64,000 nt of DNA. It comes from Eledone cirrhosa. Its lineage: Eukaryota. The notes below the pieces were generated by a model, which was not told the DNA's origin, made no database searches, and saw nothing but the letters and a program-made list of their open reading frames with translations. The stretch is from contig OZ024740.1 of NCBI GenBank assembly GCA_964016885.1, forward strand, positions 388,678,001-388,742,000. Direction: 5' to 3'. Within the stretch, counting starts at the first letter, position 1; the number at the start of each line of letters is the position of its first letter. This document shows positions 28,018 through 42,106 of this stretch, in pieces. The translations under genes and the position numbers were made by a program.

Positions 28018-28984
28018 TTAGAAAGTGAGGTTTTTTTTACAAAATGAAAAATAACCGGTGTCCTACACGAGTGAAAGTATAAAGAAAAAAAGATGAAATC
28101 GAAAATGCAACTGGAGTCTTATTTTTAAAAAAATATATATATTTATTTGGTTCCTTTACCGGTTTCGCAGTTCTTCTGCTTTTCAAAGGTAGAGTTGAGA
28201 TGGAGAGTCTGTGGTTTTTCTCACATCTGGTTGGTCTTTGAATGTCACTTGTTTTATATGGAAACAATTGGCTCGAAACGCCAGGTTTTTAGAGAAGTAA
28301 TTTGATTGGTTGGTCAATAAGTATAATAAATTTCGCGCCAGTTCGCGTTACAAAGTTCTTCAAACAAGGGGGGGGGCTCAGGTTGTTTTTTCATATATGA
28401 GTGTTTGAATTTCTTTTTACTTTAAAAAAAGGGGCTCACGAAGGCTTTTTTTAATAAATGTAATTTGATTGGTTATAAATGAAATTATGGCTGTCACGTG
28501 AACAAGTTCATTAAATTTCGGGCCCGTATTTGGGAATTTATTTTGTAGCCTTTTAGAGAATTTTATCACAAACAAAAGATAATGGTCAAGAGAAATGGGA
28601 TGGGAGAATTGTCTGGTTCAGTGAATATAGTTGGTTCGCTGGAGTGTCAGAATTCAGATTCTCTATTGAAATAACGAAAGTAAAGATATGTATGTTTATT
28701 TGTGTGCTTGTGTGTGTGTATGTGTATAGGAAGAAGATTCTATTAGTAGCAATGGTGGAGGGAGTTGTGTGTGTGTATGGGTGTTATGTGTGTGTGGGAG
28801 GGGAGTATGTTAAGATGGAGAGAATATATATATATTTTGTGTGTGTGTATATGTGTGTAGGAAAGTGATTCTATTAGTAGAAATGGGCGAGGGAGTTGTG
28901 GGGTGTGTTATGTGTGTGTGTATGGGTATTATGTGTGTGTGGGAGTATGGTTAGCATGTTGAGATGAAGAGAATATATATATAT

Positions 28985-29062
<78 letters not shown>

Positions 29063-29880
29063 TGTGTGTGTGTAGGAAAATGATTCCGTTAGTAGGAATA
29101 TTTTTGAATAATCATATTTGTTCTGCTGTATTGTCAGCGCAAACGTATGTTAAGGTTTATTTAGTTCGGGTTTTTATTTTCTAAAGTAGGTGTTATGTGT
29201 GTGTGTATGTGTCTGTTTGGATGGTTAGCATGTTATGGTGTTGACATAATGTATATTAAACCATATTTAATGCTGGTCTATATTTTTGAATAAACATATT
29301 TTCCTTATTTATTCGTATTTGTTCTGTTGTATTGTCAGTGCAAAGGTAAAATGGGAAGACTTGGAATTTGGGTGTCTTATTACTTGCGCATATGTCTAGA
29401 TATGCGCTTGGTGGTATCTGTCTCGTGGTTGGATCTCGTAATTGTTGGCGATGAACTGTCATTCTGTTTCTGAGTGTGAGTTTAGTTTGTCCTATATAAT
29501 CTTCATTGTATCCTTTACATTTAATGGCATAAATTAGATTTTTTGATGAGCAAGTGAAGTGATTTTTTACAGCAAAATTTGGTCCTGATTTAAATGTATA
29601 CGTGTTGCCTTCAATGAGGTGAGTGCAGGTTCCACAATTAGAGCGACCACATTTTTTGACAGTTGGATGTGGGTTTGTGGTAGATAATTTGGCATTGGTG
29701 AGTAATGTTTTCGGTGATTTCGGTTGTCTTTTGCTTTTGATTATTTTGTGTGTTTCAAGGGCTTTTTTCATTCTTGGGTCTTGTTTTAGTAGTGGGATGT
29801 TCTTGTGAATAATGTTGTAAGCTTCCGCATTTCTTGGGTTGTGTGTTGAGATATATGAATATTGGGCATACTTTGAATTT
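28018..29880 (-). mobile_element. Penelope-like element 3' part: GIY-YIG (29880-29256), long UTR, pLTR with hammerhead at 28153-28189
   Basis: KCGRSNCGTC...NLIYAIKCKGYNEDYIGQT...RMTVHRQ...KYRPALN. Ends in (TA)n. Confidence 0.9.
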
Positions 29881-31525
29881 GTTTCTCTGTTGTTTGTCCT
29901 TGCCCTGATGCCCTTGACCATTATGCTGCGAAAAGTGAGAGCAGGATACAAGTTGGGAAAGGGAGAGCTTACCATCAATCACCTCCTCTTCATGGACGAT
30001 CTTAAGCTCTTCGAGAAAAGTGAGAAGGAGTTGGATGTGCTTGTTGACACTGTCCGTATTTTCAGCAGTGATATATGTATGCAGTTTGGCATTAGTAAAT
30101 GTGGAGTCATTGTGATGAGGAGGGGTAGGTTGAGCAGAAGTAACGGGATCCAGATACCAACAGGTGAGATGATAAAGGAAATTGACTCTGAGGAAGGATA
30201 CAAGTATTTGGGCGTTCTGGAGGCTGATGGCATAAAGAACAAAAAAATGAAGGAATTGTTAAGAACTGAATACATTCGGAGAGTAAGGAGCGTATTGAAG
30301 TCACATCTGAACAGCAGAAATGCCATAAGCGCAGTAAATTCCCGAGCTGTGTCTATTATTAGGTACAGTGCGGGAATTCTGAGATGGAATGTTGCTGAAC
30401 AAAAAGAAATGGATAGGAAGACTAGGAAGCTATTGACTATCTACAACATGTTCCACAAGAGGAGTTATGTCGATAGACTCTACCTAAGGAGATCTGAGGG
30501 TGGAAGAGGTCTTATCAGCATAGAGGACTGTGTTCAGATGGAGAAAAACAACCTATACAAATACGTGACCTATAGTAAGGAGCCAATGCTCAGAACTGTA
30601 CTGAAGGAGGGGACAGTAGGCCAGGGGATGTCCAAGGAGGAAATAACATCAAGGAAGAAGAGCAGCCTTAAGGGAAAATCCCTTCATAGTACCTTCTTTG
30701 AGAAAACTGAATTTAGAGATCCACAGACATGGAACTGGTTGAGAAGAGGAGACCTCAAAAAGGCTACAGAAGGAATGCTAATGGCTGCGCAGGAGCAGGC
30801 CCTCAAAACGAAGTGGTTGAAGCACCATATTTACAAGGAGGAGGCTAGCCCACTGTGCAGGATCTGTGGAGAGAGAGAGGAGACTGTGGCTCACATTGTG
30901 TTCGAGTGTAAACACCTAGCCCAGACCCACTATAAGGGCTGGAGACACGATGTGATGGGCAGGGTGATCCACTGGCACCTGTGCAAAGTAAACAATTTAC
31001 CACATTCTGAGAAATCGTATGAGCATAGGCCAGAGGCGGTGATGGAGAACAATCTGGTGAAGTTGCTGTGGGATTTTAGGATACAGACGGACAAAAAACT
31101 GGAACACAATAGACCTGACCTGGTGGTTGTGGACAAAGAAAAAAGATCGTGTCTGATTGTGGATGTGGCCTGCCCTTTCGACACGAGAGTGCAAGAGAAG
31201 GAGAGGGAGAAAATTAACCGATACCCTGGTAAGTGGGAGGTGAAAAGGATTTGGAACTGCCATGAAGTCAAAGTGATCCCGATTGTCATAGGCGCACTGG
31301 GGACTATCTCCAAAAGTTTCCAGGGATGGTTAAAGAAAATCGGCCCCTTCACGCTTTTTGGAACGCTTCAAAAGGCATGCTTGCTTGGAACAGCAAGAAC
31401 CCTCCGATACGTCCTGAATATCTGAGGCTGCAGGTAGTGGCTTGATATTCATTCCAACGGACTTTCCAGTTAACCAACATCAATGACTGATATTCAAGGA
31501 ATAACAACAATAATAATAATAATAA
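29881..31525 (+). mobile_element. R4/Dong LINE family B, 5'-truncated (ORF to 31425)
   Basis: FMDDLKLF, zinc knuckle CRICGEREETVAHIVFEC, restriction-like endonuclease motifs RHD/RPD/DVACP, (TAA)n tail. Confidence 0.95.
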
Positions 31526-31537
31526 GATAGAGAAGAA

Positions 31538-32250
31538 GACGCACGTGGTGGTAGAAGGTCATGAAATCGCTCCCGTAAGTTTTTGATTTTTAACATATTT
31601 AAATCAATTGTGAAATAACAATTCTTAGTACAAATGATGCATAAACCACCGAATCAAGTCCCATAAAATTTCGGATCCATATTATATTGTTATATCGCTC
31701 AAATATTCAATTTTGTATTATATATTTTGTATTCAAAAAAGAAAATGGTTATAAATGGAAGAAAACACCCTCTGTCTACACTATATAGAACAGCCAAATA
31801 ACAGCAATTTCACCAACACCAGAAACTTGATACACCACCTACCCCATCACACTAAATATAACAGCCAGATAACGGCAATTTCACCACCACCACCACCAAT
31901 CCCAGCATCATAATAATCATTACTATTATTATTGTCTCAAGTTTTAACAAAATGTTTAATTCCAATTTTACGGGAATATGTCAACACAATATATATTAAA
32001 CATACGCGACACAAACTCATAGATACTACATATCACAAAACTCAGTAACGACAACGCCACCGCCGCCACCACCTCATCCATCATTGCTACCGCTATCCCA
32101 TCACCGCCGCCATCACTCCTTCATTGCTACCACCACTGTTCCCCTGTTAACTTAAGAAAGGGGAAGGTGGCGGTATCACTAGACAAGGGAGAGGCTAGCA
32201 AAAGATATAAATAGATTGACTTAATGACCTGGCCATCGGCCAAACGTCAA
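31538..32250 (+). repeat. spacer S, copy 1 (copy 2 at 36331-37450)
   Basis: GACGCAC...AGAAGGTCATGAAATCGCTCCCGTAAG...GGTGGCGGTATCACTAGACAA...ATATAAATAGA occurs twice. Confidence 0.9.
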
Positions 32251-32504
32251 CAAACTATGGCACTGCTGGCTACCCCCTTCCTCAGCAGCAATATAAAAAG
32301 CCCCAGCACCACCACGGACATAGCCAACAACAATAACAGGCAACTTCAGCAAAAAGTATATTATATTATTGTAATGCCCTGGGTGATTGCTGGCCTTGTG
32401 CCTGGAGTGGAGACGGTTATTAATAATTTCATTCTTAAGCCACGCAATGCTCACATTAAGGAACCACTCATGATAATAACAATTTAAAAAAAAACAACAA
32501 AAAG

Positions 32505-35500
32505 AAAACCCCGTGACCAAGAAATACCGGGATGGCGGCCGGCGGGGAATAGCCGTGTCTCTAGGGGAGAACGACCCCTCTAGTCTTGGTTGACACTCGT
32601 TCTAGAAGTGGTAACATGAAATGATTACCCCTTGGCGGATAAGGATAAAACGCGACAAAATAAAGTAAATGTCTAATGATAAAATCTCATACCGGATCGG
32701 CCGTCACCCGGGTAAAAAAGGGCCGCGTCCCTCAGAGAGGAACCAGACTGGGGTCGAAAAATCAGCTAATGGTTCAAACCTTCCCATCACTTCGGAGCTG
32801 GAGACCTCCCATAACCGGAATACTCCTACTGTTGGCCCTCCATGCTCACCACCAAGAAATCCAAAGAAAAAGAGAGAAAAATGGTCAAGGGAAGATAATA
32901 AAGAAGTCCTTGAGGCTTTCTACACTGCCATGTACTACCCATCAAATACATCGAATACAGAACAGACATATATCAACTGGAAAAAGAAACATCCCGAAAA
33001 CAGAGGCTATATTGACAGTAACAAACTAGCCAATATACGCAGAAATATTGTAGGAAAAAAGTTACTAACTGAGGGAGTGCATGCTCAAGATGAAACTCCA
33101 AATGGAAATAATGAGATCGTAAATGATAAAGAAATGAATGAGAATGAACTTGCCAACTTGAAGGATGAAATTATGATCGAATGGATGAAAATGAAAGAAT
33201 CTGACATGGAGCAACGAGACACCCTCCCTCAGATCCAGAACTCCAAACAGAACCAAAAGATAATACACAAGACTAACGTAATTCTCAAAAACATTATCAT
33301 CACAAACAAACTAAACATTACTGATTTAAATCATCTCTATTATGCATCGGCTAAAGTCACCACTCACTTATGTGGAGTGAAGATGAAAAAACAAAGGAAT
33401 TCCCACAAGAAATCTACTTGGCAAGAGAACATCAATCGCCAGATAAACCTTCTCCGATCTGACAGCAATTTTAACAAACTATAAAGTAGGTGAACATGTT
33501 AAACAAACTAAACTTAGAAAATTGAAAAGAAAGTATAGTATAAAATCAACAAGTGACATAGACATGCTGATAGAAATAATCAAGCAAAAAGTGTCGGCCA
33601 AAGCTGCTCGTATAAGGCGCTTTGAAAAACGATCTAGATTCTATAAGGACAATAATATGTTCAAAAACAACCAAAGAAACTTCTACAGAAAAATTGGTAA
33701 GTCAACAATAACTGCTAAATCAATACCACCCAAGGAGGAAGTGCAAGAATTCTGGGAAAAGATCTGGGCCGAAGAAAAAGTTCACAACATACATGCCCCA
33801 TGGATAGACAGACAAATGAAAGATACAGCTCACCTTGAGGAACAAATATGGGAAAATATAACAGTTGAACAGTTGCGCTTGGCTCTAAGAAAAACCAGCA
33901 AATGGAAATCCCCAGGAAAAGACAAAATACAACACTTTTGGATAAATGCCTTCACAGAGTCTCATGAGCTGTTAGCCCAACTTTACAATGAAATAGTTAA
34001 GGAGCCAGAAAAGATACCATCATGGCTAGTTAACGGCATTACATTCCTGCTTCCGAAGAATGATGAGACAAACAATCCCAAAAATTACAGACCGATAACT
34101 TGCTTGACCACAATGTATAAAATTTTAACATCAGTCCTAACTGAATACACATATGACCACCTGATAACAAATGACCTATTTCCCATTGAGCAGAAAGGGT
34201 GTAAACGAGGCTCATATGGCTGTAAGGATCAGCTTTTGGTTAACAAAATGATACTGGAAGATTGTCATAATAGACACAAAAATCTATCGATTGCTTGGAT
34301 AGATTATAAAAAAGCATTCGATAGTTTGCCACACAGTTGGATTGAAAAATGTTTAGAGATTTTCAAAATATCCCCCGTTGTCAGGAGGTTTTTGTCATTC
34401 AGTATGAAGACATGGAAAACGACACTCCTTTTGAATAGTGAAACAAAATCACTGGAAGCTGGAGAAGTTAATATTAATTGTGGAATTTTTCAGGGTGACT
34501 CTTTATCACCGCTTTTATTCTGCATCGCACTTATACCATTAAGTAAAATGCTCAATGAAACAAAACATGGATATAAAGTCTATGACAAAACCATTAATCA
34601 CTTATTCTACATGGATGACCTGAAACTATTTGCAAAAAATGATGAACAATTGTAAGGGCTATTATCCACTGTGAAGCAGTTCAGTGATGACATTAAAATG
34701 GAGTTTGGACTAGATAAATGCGCCAAAGCAACGTTCACCAGAGGAAACCTGCTGAAGAGTTCAGACATTAATCTTGATCGGGGGAACGTGATAAGAGAAC
34801 TTGATCAAGAAAAAACTTACAAATATCTAGGTGTTTGTGAAGGAGACGGAATCAAGCACTCGACAATGAGGGAAAGGATAAGGAATGAATGTTACCGCAG
34901 AGTAAGAGCAATCTTAAGAACGGAATTGAATGCAAGGAATAGGATCGATGCCATAAACACGCTTGCCATACCAGTAGTAACCTACAGTTACAATGTCATC
35001 AACTGGTCAAGCACAGAGATCCGTAGGCTCGATACAAAAATTCGAAAATTCTTAACCATGCACAGAATGCATCACCCTCAGGCAGATATAGATAGAATAT
35101 ATCTCCCTAGGAAAGAAGGAGGACGTGGGTTAATCCAGTTAGACATTGCGTTGAAAACTGCAACAATTGGATTATCTACATATCTAAGGGAATCACATGA
35201 TTGGATGATCAAACTCGTTTTGAAACACGAAAGCATCAAAAGATCATACTCCATTACAAAAGAGGCACAAAGATACAGTAATGGACTACAAATTTCAGAA
35301 GTCCCATTTACTGCTGAAATGGAAAACACAGAAAAAGCAAAGCAGGTAAAAGTAACTGCAAAGAAAGAACTGCAAAGAAACTGGCTAAGAAATGGCAAGA
35401 AAAGCCTCTGTATGGAAAATACACAGAGCGAGCTAACAATCCTGATGTTGACAAAACTTTAACCCATCAGTGGTTGGCATCCTCTGGACTGAAATCGGAG

Positions 35501-36299
35501 ACTGAAGGACTGATTATATCAGCACAAGATCAGTGTCTGCCAACAACAAATTACCAAGCCAACATAATAAAAAATGGATGCAGCCCATTATGCCGTGTAT
35601 GTAAAAAACAACCAGAGACCATTGACCATATAATTTCAATGTGCAGTCCTATAGCTCCAACCGAATACCTAAACAGGCATGACAGAGCTGCACAATACAT
35701 ACATTGGATAATGTGTAAGCATTTTGACCTGCCCCATCAAAAGAATTGGTGGGAGCATCAACCACCTCCCATACTTGAAAAAGATCACATCTCAATCTTG
35801 TGGAACTTTAGCATCCAAACAGACCGAAAAATAGATGCAAATAGACCTGATATAATACTGAAGGACTTTAAAAAGAGGGTATGCCTGCTAATTGATATGT
35901 CTGTTCCAATAGACAAGAATGTATCTATAAAAACATTTGAAAAATTGAGCAAGTATAAGGACCTGGAGATAGAAATTTGAAAATGTGGAAATTGAGAACT
36001 AAAACAATACCAGTGGTTGTAGGCGCTCTGGGAATGATACTTAAGGGGTCTAATGATTACTTATCGCAAATCCCAGGAAACCCGCGTATAGGAGAAATAC
36101 AAAAGATAGTACTAATGGGAACTGCCCATATACTAAGGAAGATTCTGTCAATATAAGTACATCACAAGTCTAAACACTAAAGATGCATGTGTGAGTATGT
36201 ATGTTCTTTCTTGAACATGGCGGACCTTGTTGTCTCTTGAGGTCACTGGTTGTGACTTGGTGATAACTCGTGTGAACATAAAGCAAGATAAATGCAACT

Positions 36300-36330
<31 letters not shown>
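32505..36330 (+). mobile_element. R4/Dong LINE family A, near full length, pseudogenised
   Basis: ORF pieces span 32669-36140 with NYRPITCL, IFQGDSLSP, YMDDLKLF, CCHC and RPD. Several stops and frameshifts. (TAA)10 tail. Confidence 0.95.
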
Positions 36331-37674
36331 GACGCACCTGTTGGAAAGAAGGTCATGAAATCGCTCCCGTAAGTTTTTGATTTTTAACATATTTAAATCA
36401 ATTGTGAAATAACAATTCTTAGTACAAATGATGCATAAAGCACCAGACTCAAGCCTCAGGAAGATTCGGATCCATAATATATTGTTATATCGCTCAAATA
36501 TTCAATTTTGTAATATACATTTTACATTCAAAAAATAAAATGGTTATAAATGGAAGAAAACCCCCTCTGTCTACACTATATAGAACAGCCAAATAACAGC
36601 AATTTCACCAACACCACAAACTAGATACACCACCTACCCCCATCACTCCTCTGTGTACACTAAATACAACAGCCAGATTACGGCAATTTCACCACCACCA
36701 CCAATCCCAGCATCATAATTATAATTACTATTATTATTGTCTCAAGTTTTCACAAAATGTTTAATTCCAATATTAAGAAAATATGTCAACACATATACGC
36801 GACTAACCGCTAGATTCACCGATCAAACAAAAATACAGTTTATTCAACAAAACTCAGTAACGACAACGCCATCACTACAGTCACCGCCGCCACCACCCAT
36901 CCATCATTACTACCACTATCCCATCACCGCCGCCACCACTCCTTCATTGCTACCACCGCTATTCCCCCATTACCTTCTGTTAACTTACGAAAGGGGAAGG
37001 TGGCGGTATCACTAGACAATATTAATAAACAAGATTAATATTTAATTTTGGATCAGGAATGTTAGAGTCGAAAAGGAGAAAACTGGCAAAATGACTAAAT
37101 AGCTAAATAGCTAAAGATAATTTCACCACCAACACCACCACCACTACCACGCTAAAAACTCTGGTCAAGTCGCCTCAAACGCTATTTCTACTCCAACTTC
37201 AACACCATCACTACAGTACTACGATCACATCACCACCACCACTGCCTCATTATCGCTACCGCCGCTATTCTCTCCCACTGCCTCCTGCTAGGTACTACTA
37301 GCACAGCATCGCCACCACCACCACCACCACTGCCTCATTATCACTACCGCCGCTATTCTCTCCGGCATACCTCCTGCTTCATCTTAGTGTCCCCACTAAA
37401 AGAGGAAGGCATCAAAATATATAAATAGACTGAATTGATGACCCGGTCAAAATCAAAAAACCAAAAATCAAAATCAAAGCAGCACAGCAACAACGAAAAA
37501 CGTGAAGAAAAGAAAAATGAAGAGAAAAACAAACAGACGGACAGAGAAGGGAAGGGAAAAACTAAGTCAGACATTCAAACATTATATTACAATGAAACTT
37601 ATGCTTATTCATTTTTGGGGTTTGTTTTGTCTGTTTGTTTGTTTATTTATGTTCGTCTACAGCGTGATAATGCC

Positions 37675-40600
37675 ACACAAAAATCACCGGGAGTGACGAC
37701 ATCACCGGAGGTGATGAAATCACCGGTGGTTATGTAACCATACATTCGCCAATCCTCGATAAGAGTGTTTAAATGTCGAACCTAAACAGTTCGAATAACG
37801 GTGAAATGGAGACTAGAATGTCATGTGACAGACTCTCACCCAACAGGTGCTCCCTGGCTCAGCAGCAGGGACCTGGCTGTCAACCAAATACTGCTGGTGT
37901 CGGAGGAAGAAGAAGAAGGAAAGGGGCCAGAACCAACTGGACGAAAGGACGAAAGAATTGAATAGAACTGTTATGCAATGTTACCTGAAGAGTAACCCCA
38001 AGGAGAAAGGCTATAGGAAACGGATGCATAACATCTGGAACGAGATTGGTCCATTTAAATTAGATGAACAAAAATTGGCCGGGCAGGCTCGGGTAATAAG
38101 AACTAATGGGTGGATAAGCGAGCTGGAACTGGAGGAACTGAGCAGAGAGATTAGCTTGGAAATGGAGAGTGGAGTATGCTAGGCAAACGAGCTAGTGGGA
38201 AATGAAGGTGGAGAGGTCGAGAGAACGGAGGAACCACCCGAAGCAGACAATGATCGGAATGCTGAGATAAATAATACCTGGAACAGAGATACGGCCACTG
38301 AGGAGATGAATGCTGACGGGCTAGGACAAGATTTGGTTGATATCCTAAACTTAGTGGTAGATGAATTGAACAATGATAGTAGGAAACCTATGAACCTAAG
38401 ATTTGTAGACAGGAAAAAGTTAAAAGAAACAACAGCTAAGGTAAACAAAGTCATCCCATACCTTGAGGCGAGGAGCCTTCACCAGTGCAACAATATCCTC
38501 AACGTAACAGCAAATACGGTGAGGAAACTACTTGGTATAAAAACGAGAGGAAACAACAAACAAGAAAGATCAGAGCCTTGGTGGAAGAAACGACTGAGTG
38601 GTCAAATCAGGCAAATGAGAAATGACATTGGAAAGCTTGAGTCCCTACTGAATGGGACACTACAAAACATAGACACTAAAAGTAGACTGGAAATAAAGTA
38701 CAAAACTAGGAGGAAAAAGCTAAATATTATCATAGAGAAACTGAAGCAACGCATTGTAGCAAAGCGTGCAAAAATCAGGCGATACGAGAACAGAGTCAGT
38801 CAGTATAGACAGAACCGCATGTTCGACAACAACCAGAAGATGCTGTTTGGACAGCTTGAAGGGAAAGAAAGAGGCAACGACTTGATCCCTGAGGCGGAAC
38901 AAACTAAAACATTCTGGAGAGGAATATGGGAGCAGGATGTTAAACATAATGACCAGGCAGTGTGGATTGAGACAGTACAGAAGGAGATTAGTGAACAGGC
39001 ACACCAACAAACTGATTTGAGTATCACAGTTGAAACTCTTAAGGGGCAGGCCAAAAATCTAACCAACTGGAAATCACCAGGCCCAGATGGTGTGCAGGGG
39101 TATTGGATTAAAAATATAACATCCCTCCAACCAAAACTGACAACCATGTTCAATGACTGCTTGATGTCAGGTGAGGTACCAGAGTGGTTAACAAAAGGTA
39201 CCACAGTTCTGATAATGAAAGACCGAATCAAGGGTAATGATGTTACCAACTATCGACCTATCACATGTCTGTCCGTAATGTGGAAACTGTTGACAAGCAT
39301 TGTGTCTGAGGAAATCTACCATCATCTCCACACAAACAACTTGTTACCGGACGAACAGAAAGGATGCCGAAAGAAGTCACGTGGTACAAAGGACCAGTTA
39401 CTTATTGATAAGATGGTAATGAGGAATTGCAAGAGGAGACACACTGGTCTTGCCATGGGATGGATAGACTACAAAAAGGCATTTGACATGGTGCCTTATT
39501 CTTGGATCACCAAAAGCCTGGAGATCTTCAAGGTGGCAGATAACATCAGACAGTTGTTGGGCAAAAGTATGAAGTCCTGGGAAACAGAGTTAACATCAAC
39601 TTGAGAATCCTTGGGAAGCGTGAAGATCAAGAGAGGTATCTTCCAGGGAGATAGTCTGTCCCCTCTGTCGTTTGTCCTTGCCCTGATTCCCCTGACCAGT
39701 GTACTGCAAAAAGTGAGAGCAGGATACAGGTTGGGAAAGGGAGGGCTTACCATCAATCACCTCCTCTTCATGGACGATCTTAAGCTCTTCGGGAAGAGTG
39801 AGAAGGAGTTGGATGTGCTTGTTGACACTGTCCGTATTTTCAGCAATGATATATGTATGCAATTTGGTATTAGTAAGTGTGGAGTCATTGTGATGAAGAG
39901 GGGTAAATTGAGCAGAAGTAACGGAATCCAGGTACCAACAGGTGAGATGATAAAGGAAATTGACTCTGAAGAAGGATACAAGTATTTGGGTGTTTTGGAG
40001 GCTGATGACATCAAGAACAAAAAAATGAAGGAATTGATAAGAACTGAATACATACGGAGAGTAAGGAGCGTATTAAAGTCACATCTGAACAGTAGGAATG
40101 CCATAAGTGCAGTAAATTCCCGAGCTGTGTCTATTATTAGATACAGTGCGGGAATTCTGAGATGGAATGTTGCTAAATAAAAAGAAATGAATAGGAAGAC
40201 TAGAAAGCTATTGCCTATCTACAACATGTTCCACAAGAGGAGTGATGTCGATAGACTCTACTTAAGGAGATGTTGTTGAGCAAAAGTATGAAGTCCTGGA
40301 AAACATAGTTAACATCAGCAGGAGAATCCTTGGGCGTGAAGATCAAGAGAGGTATCTTCCAGGGAGATAGTCTGTCCCCTCTGTTGTTTGTCCTTGCCAT
40401 AATGCGCCTGACCATTATACTGCGAAAAGTGAGAGCAGGATACAAGTTGGGAAAGTGAGGGCTTACCATCAATCTCCTCCTCTTCATGGACGATCTTCGG
40501 GAAGAATGAGAAGGAGTTGGATGTGCTTGTTGACACTGTCCGTATTTTCAGCAATGATATATGTATGCAATTTGGTATTAGAAAGTTTGGGGTACTTGTG

Positions 40601-42003
40601 ATGAAGAAGGGTAAATTGAGCAGAAGCAACGGAATCCAGGTACCAACAGGTGAGATGATAAAGGAAATTGACACTGAAGAAGAATACAAGTATTTGGGTA
40701 TTCTGGAGGCTGATGACATCAAGAACAAAAAAATGAAGGAATTGATAAGATCTGAATACATTCGGAGAGTAAGGAGCGTATTAAAGTCACATCTGAACAG
40801 TAGGAATGCCATAAGTGCAGTAAATTCCCGAGTTGTGTCTATTATTAGGTACAGTGCGGGAATTCTGAGATGGAATGTTGCTGAACAAAAAGAAATGGAT
40901 AGGAAGACTAGGAAGCTATTGACTATCTACAACATGTTCCACAAGAGGAGTGATGTCGATAGACTCTACTTAAGGAAATCGGAAGGTGGAAGAGTTCTTA
41001 TCAGCATAGGGGACTGTGTTCAGATGGAGAAAAACAACCTACACAAATACGTGACCGATAGTAAGGAGCCAATGCTCAGAATTGTACTGGGGGAGAGGAC
41101 AATAGACCAGGGGATGTCCAAGGAGGAAATAACAACGAGGAGAAAGAGTAACCGTCATGAAAAATCCCTTCATAATACCTTCTTTGAGAAAACTGAATTC
41201 AGAGATCCACAGACATGGAACTGGTTGAAAAGAGGAGACATTAAAAAGGCTACAGAAGGAATGTTAATGGCTGCGCAAGAGCAGGCCCTCAAAACGAAGT
41301 GGTTGAAACACCATATTTACAAGGAGGAAGCTAGCCCACTGTGCTGGATCTGTGGAGAGAGTGGAGACTGTGGCTCACATTGTATCCGAGTGTAAACACC
41401 TAGCCCAGACTCACTCTAAGGGCTGGAGACATGATGTGATGGGCAGGGTGATCCACTGGCACCTATGCAAAGTAAACAATTTACCACATTCTGAGAAGTG
41501 GTATGAGCATAAGCCAGAGTCGGTGATAGAAAACGATCAGGTGAAAGTGCTATGGGATTTTAGGATACAGACGGACAAGAAACTGGAACACAATAGACCT
41601 GACCTGGTGGTTTTGGACAAGGAAAAAAGATCGTGTCTGATTGTGGATGTGGCCTGCCCATTCGACACGAGAATGCAAGAGAAGGAGAGGGAGAAAATTA
41701 ACCGATACCAGGACTTAAAGTGGGAGGTAAAAAGGATTTGGAACTGCCATGAGGTCAAAGTGGTCCCGATTGTCATAGGCGCACTGGATACTATCTCAAA
41801 AAGTTTGCAGGGATGGTTAAAGAAAATTGGTCCCGCCCCGCTTTTTGGAATACTTCAAAAGGCATGCTTGCTGGGAACAGCAAGAACTCTCCGATACGTC
41901 CTGAATATCTGAGGCTGCAGGTAGTGGCTTCATATTCATTTCAACAAACTTTCCAGTTAACTAACATCAATGACTGAGACTCAAAGAATAATAATAATAA
42001 TAA
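37675..42003 (+). mobile_element. R4/Dong LINE family B, full length with a ~720-bp internal duplication
   Basis: ORF pieces span 37773-41912. 39553-40268 is repeated at 40272-40977. 5' ATCACCGG repeats and a (TAA)n tail. Confidence 0.95.
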
Positions 42004-42102
42004 TTGTTTCTACATTTGGCACAAGGCCATCAATTATCCAGTACATTACTGGTACTTTATTTTATCGACCCCGTAAGGATGAAAGGCAAAGTTAACCTCG
42101 GC
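42004..42102 (-). mobile_element. SINE family A 3' half, abutting the Dong (TAA)n tail
   Basis: TTGTTTCTAC...GGATGAAAGGCAAAGTTAACCTCGGC. Confidence 0.85.
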
Positions 42103-42106
42103 AATA

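Noticed and set aside
29880-29978. N-terminal extension of the 240-aa GIY-YIG ORF as a novel fusion
   Set aside because: It is the antisense of the adjacent Dong RT read across a junction.
36850-37380. Gly-rich coding potential on the - strand of spacer S
   Set aside because: The frames I checked contain stops. Better explained as CAC-rich subrepeats.
37681-37735. CRISPR-like repeat array
   Set aside because: Contiguous repeats without spacers, in a eukaryotic LINE 5' end.
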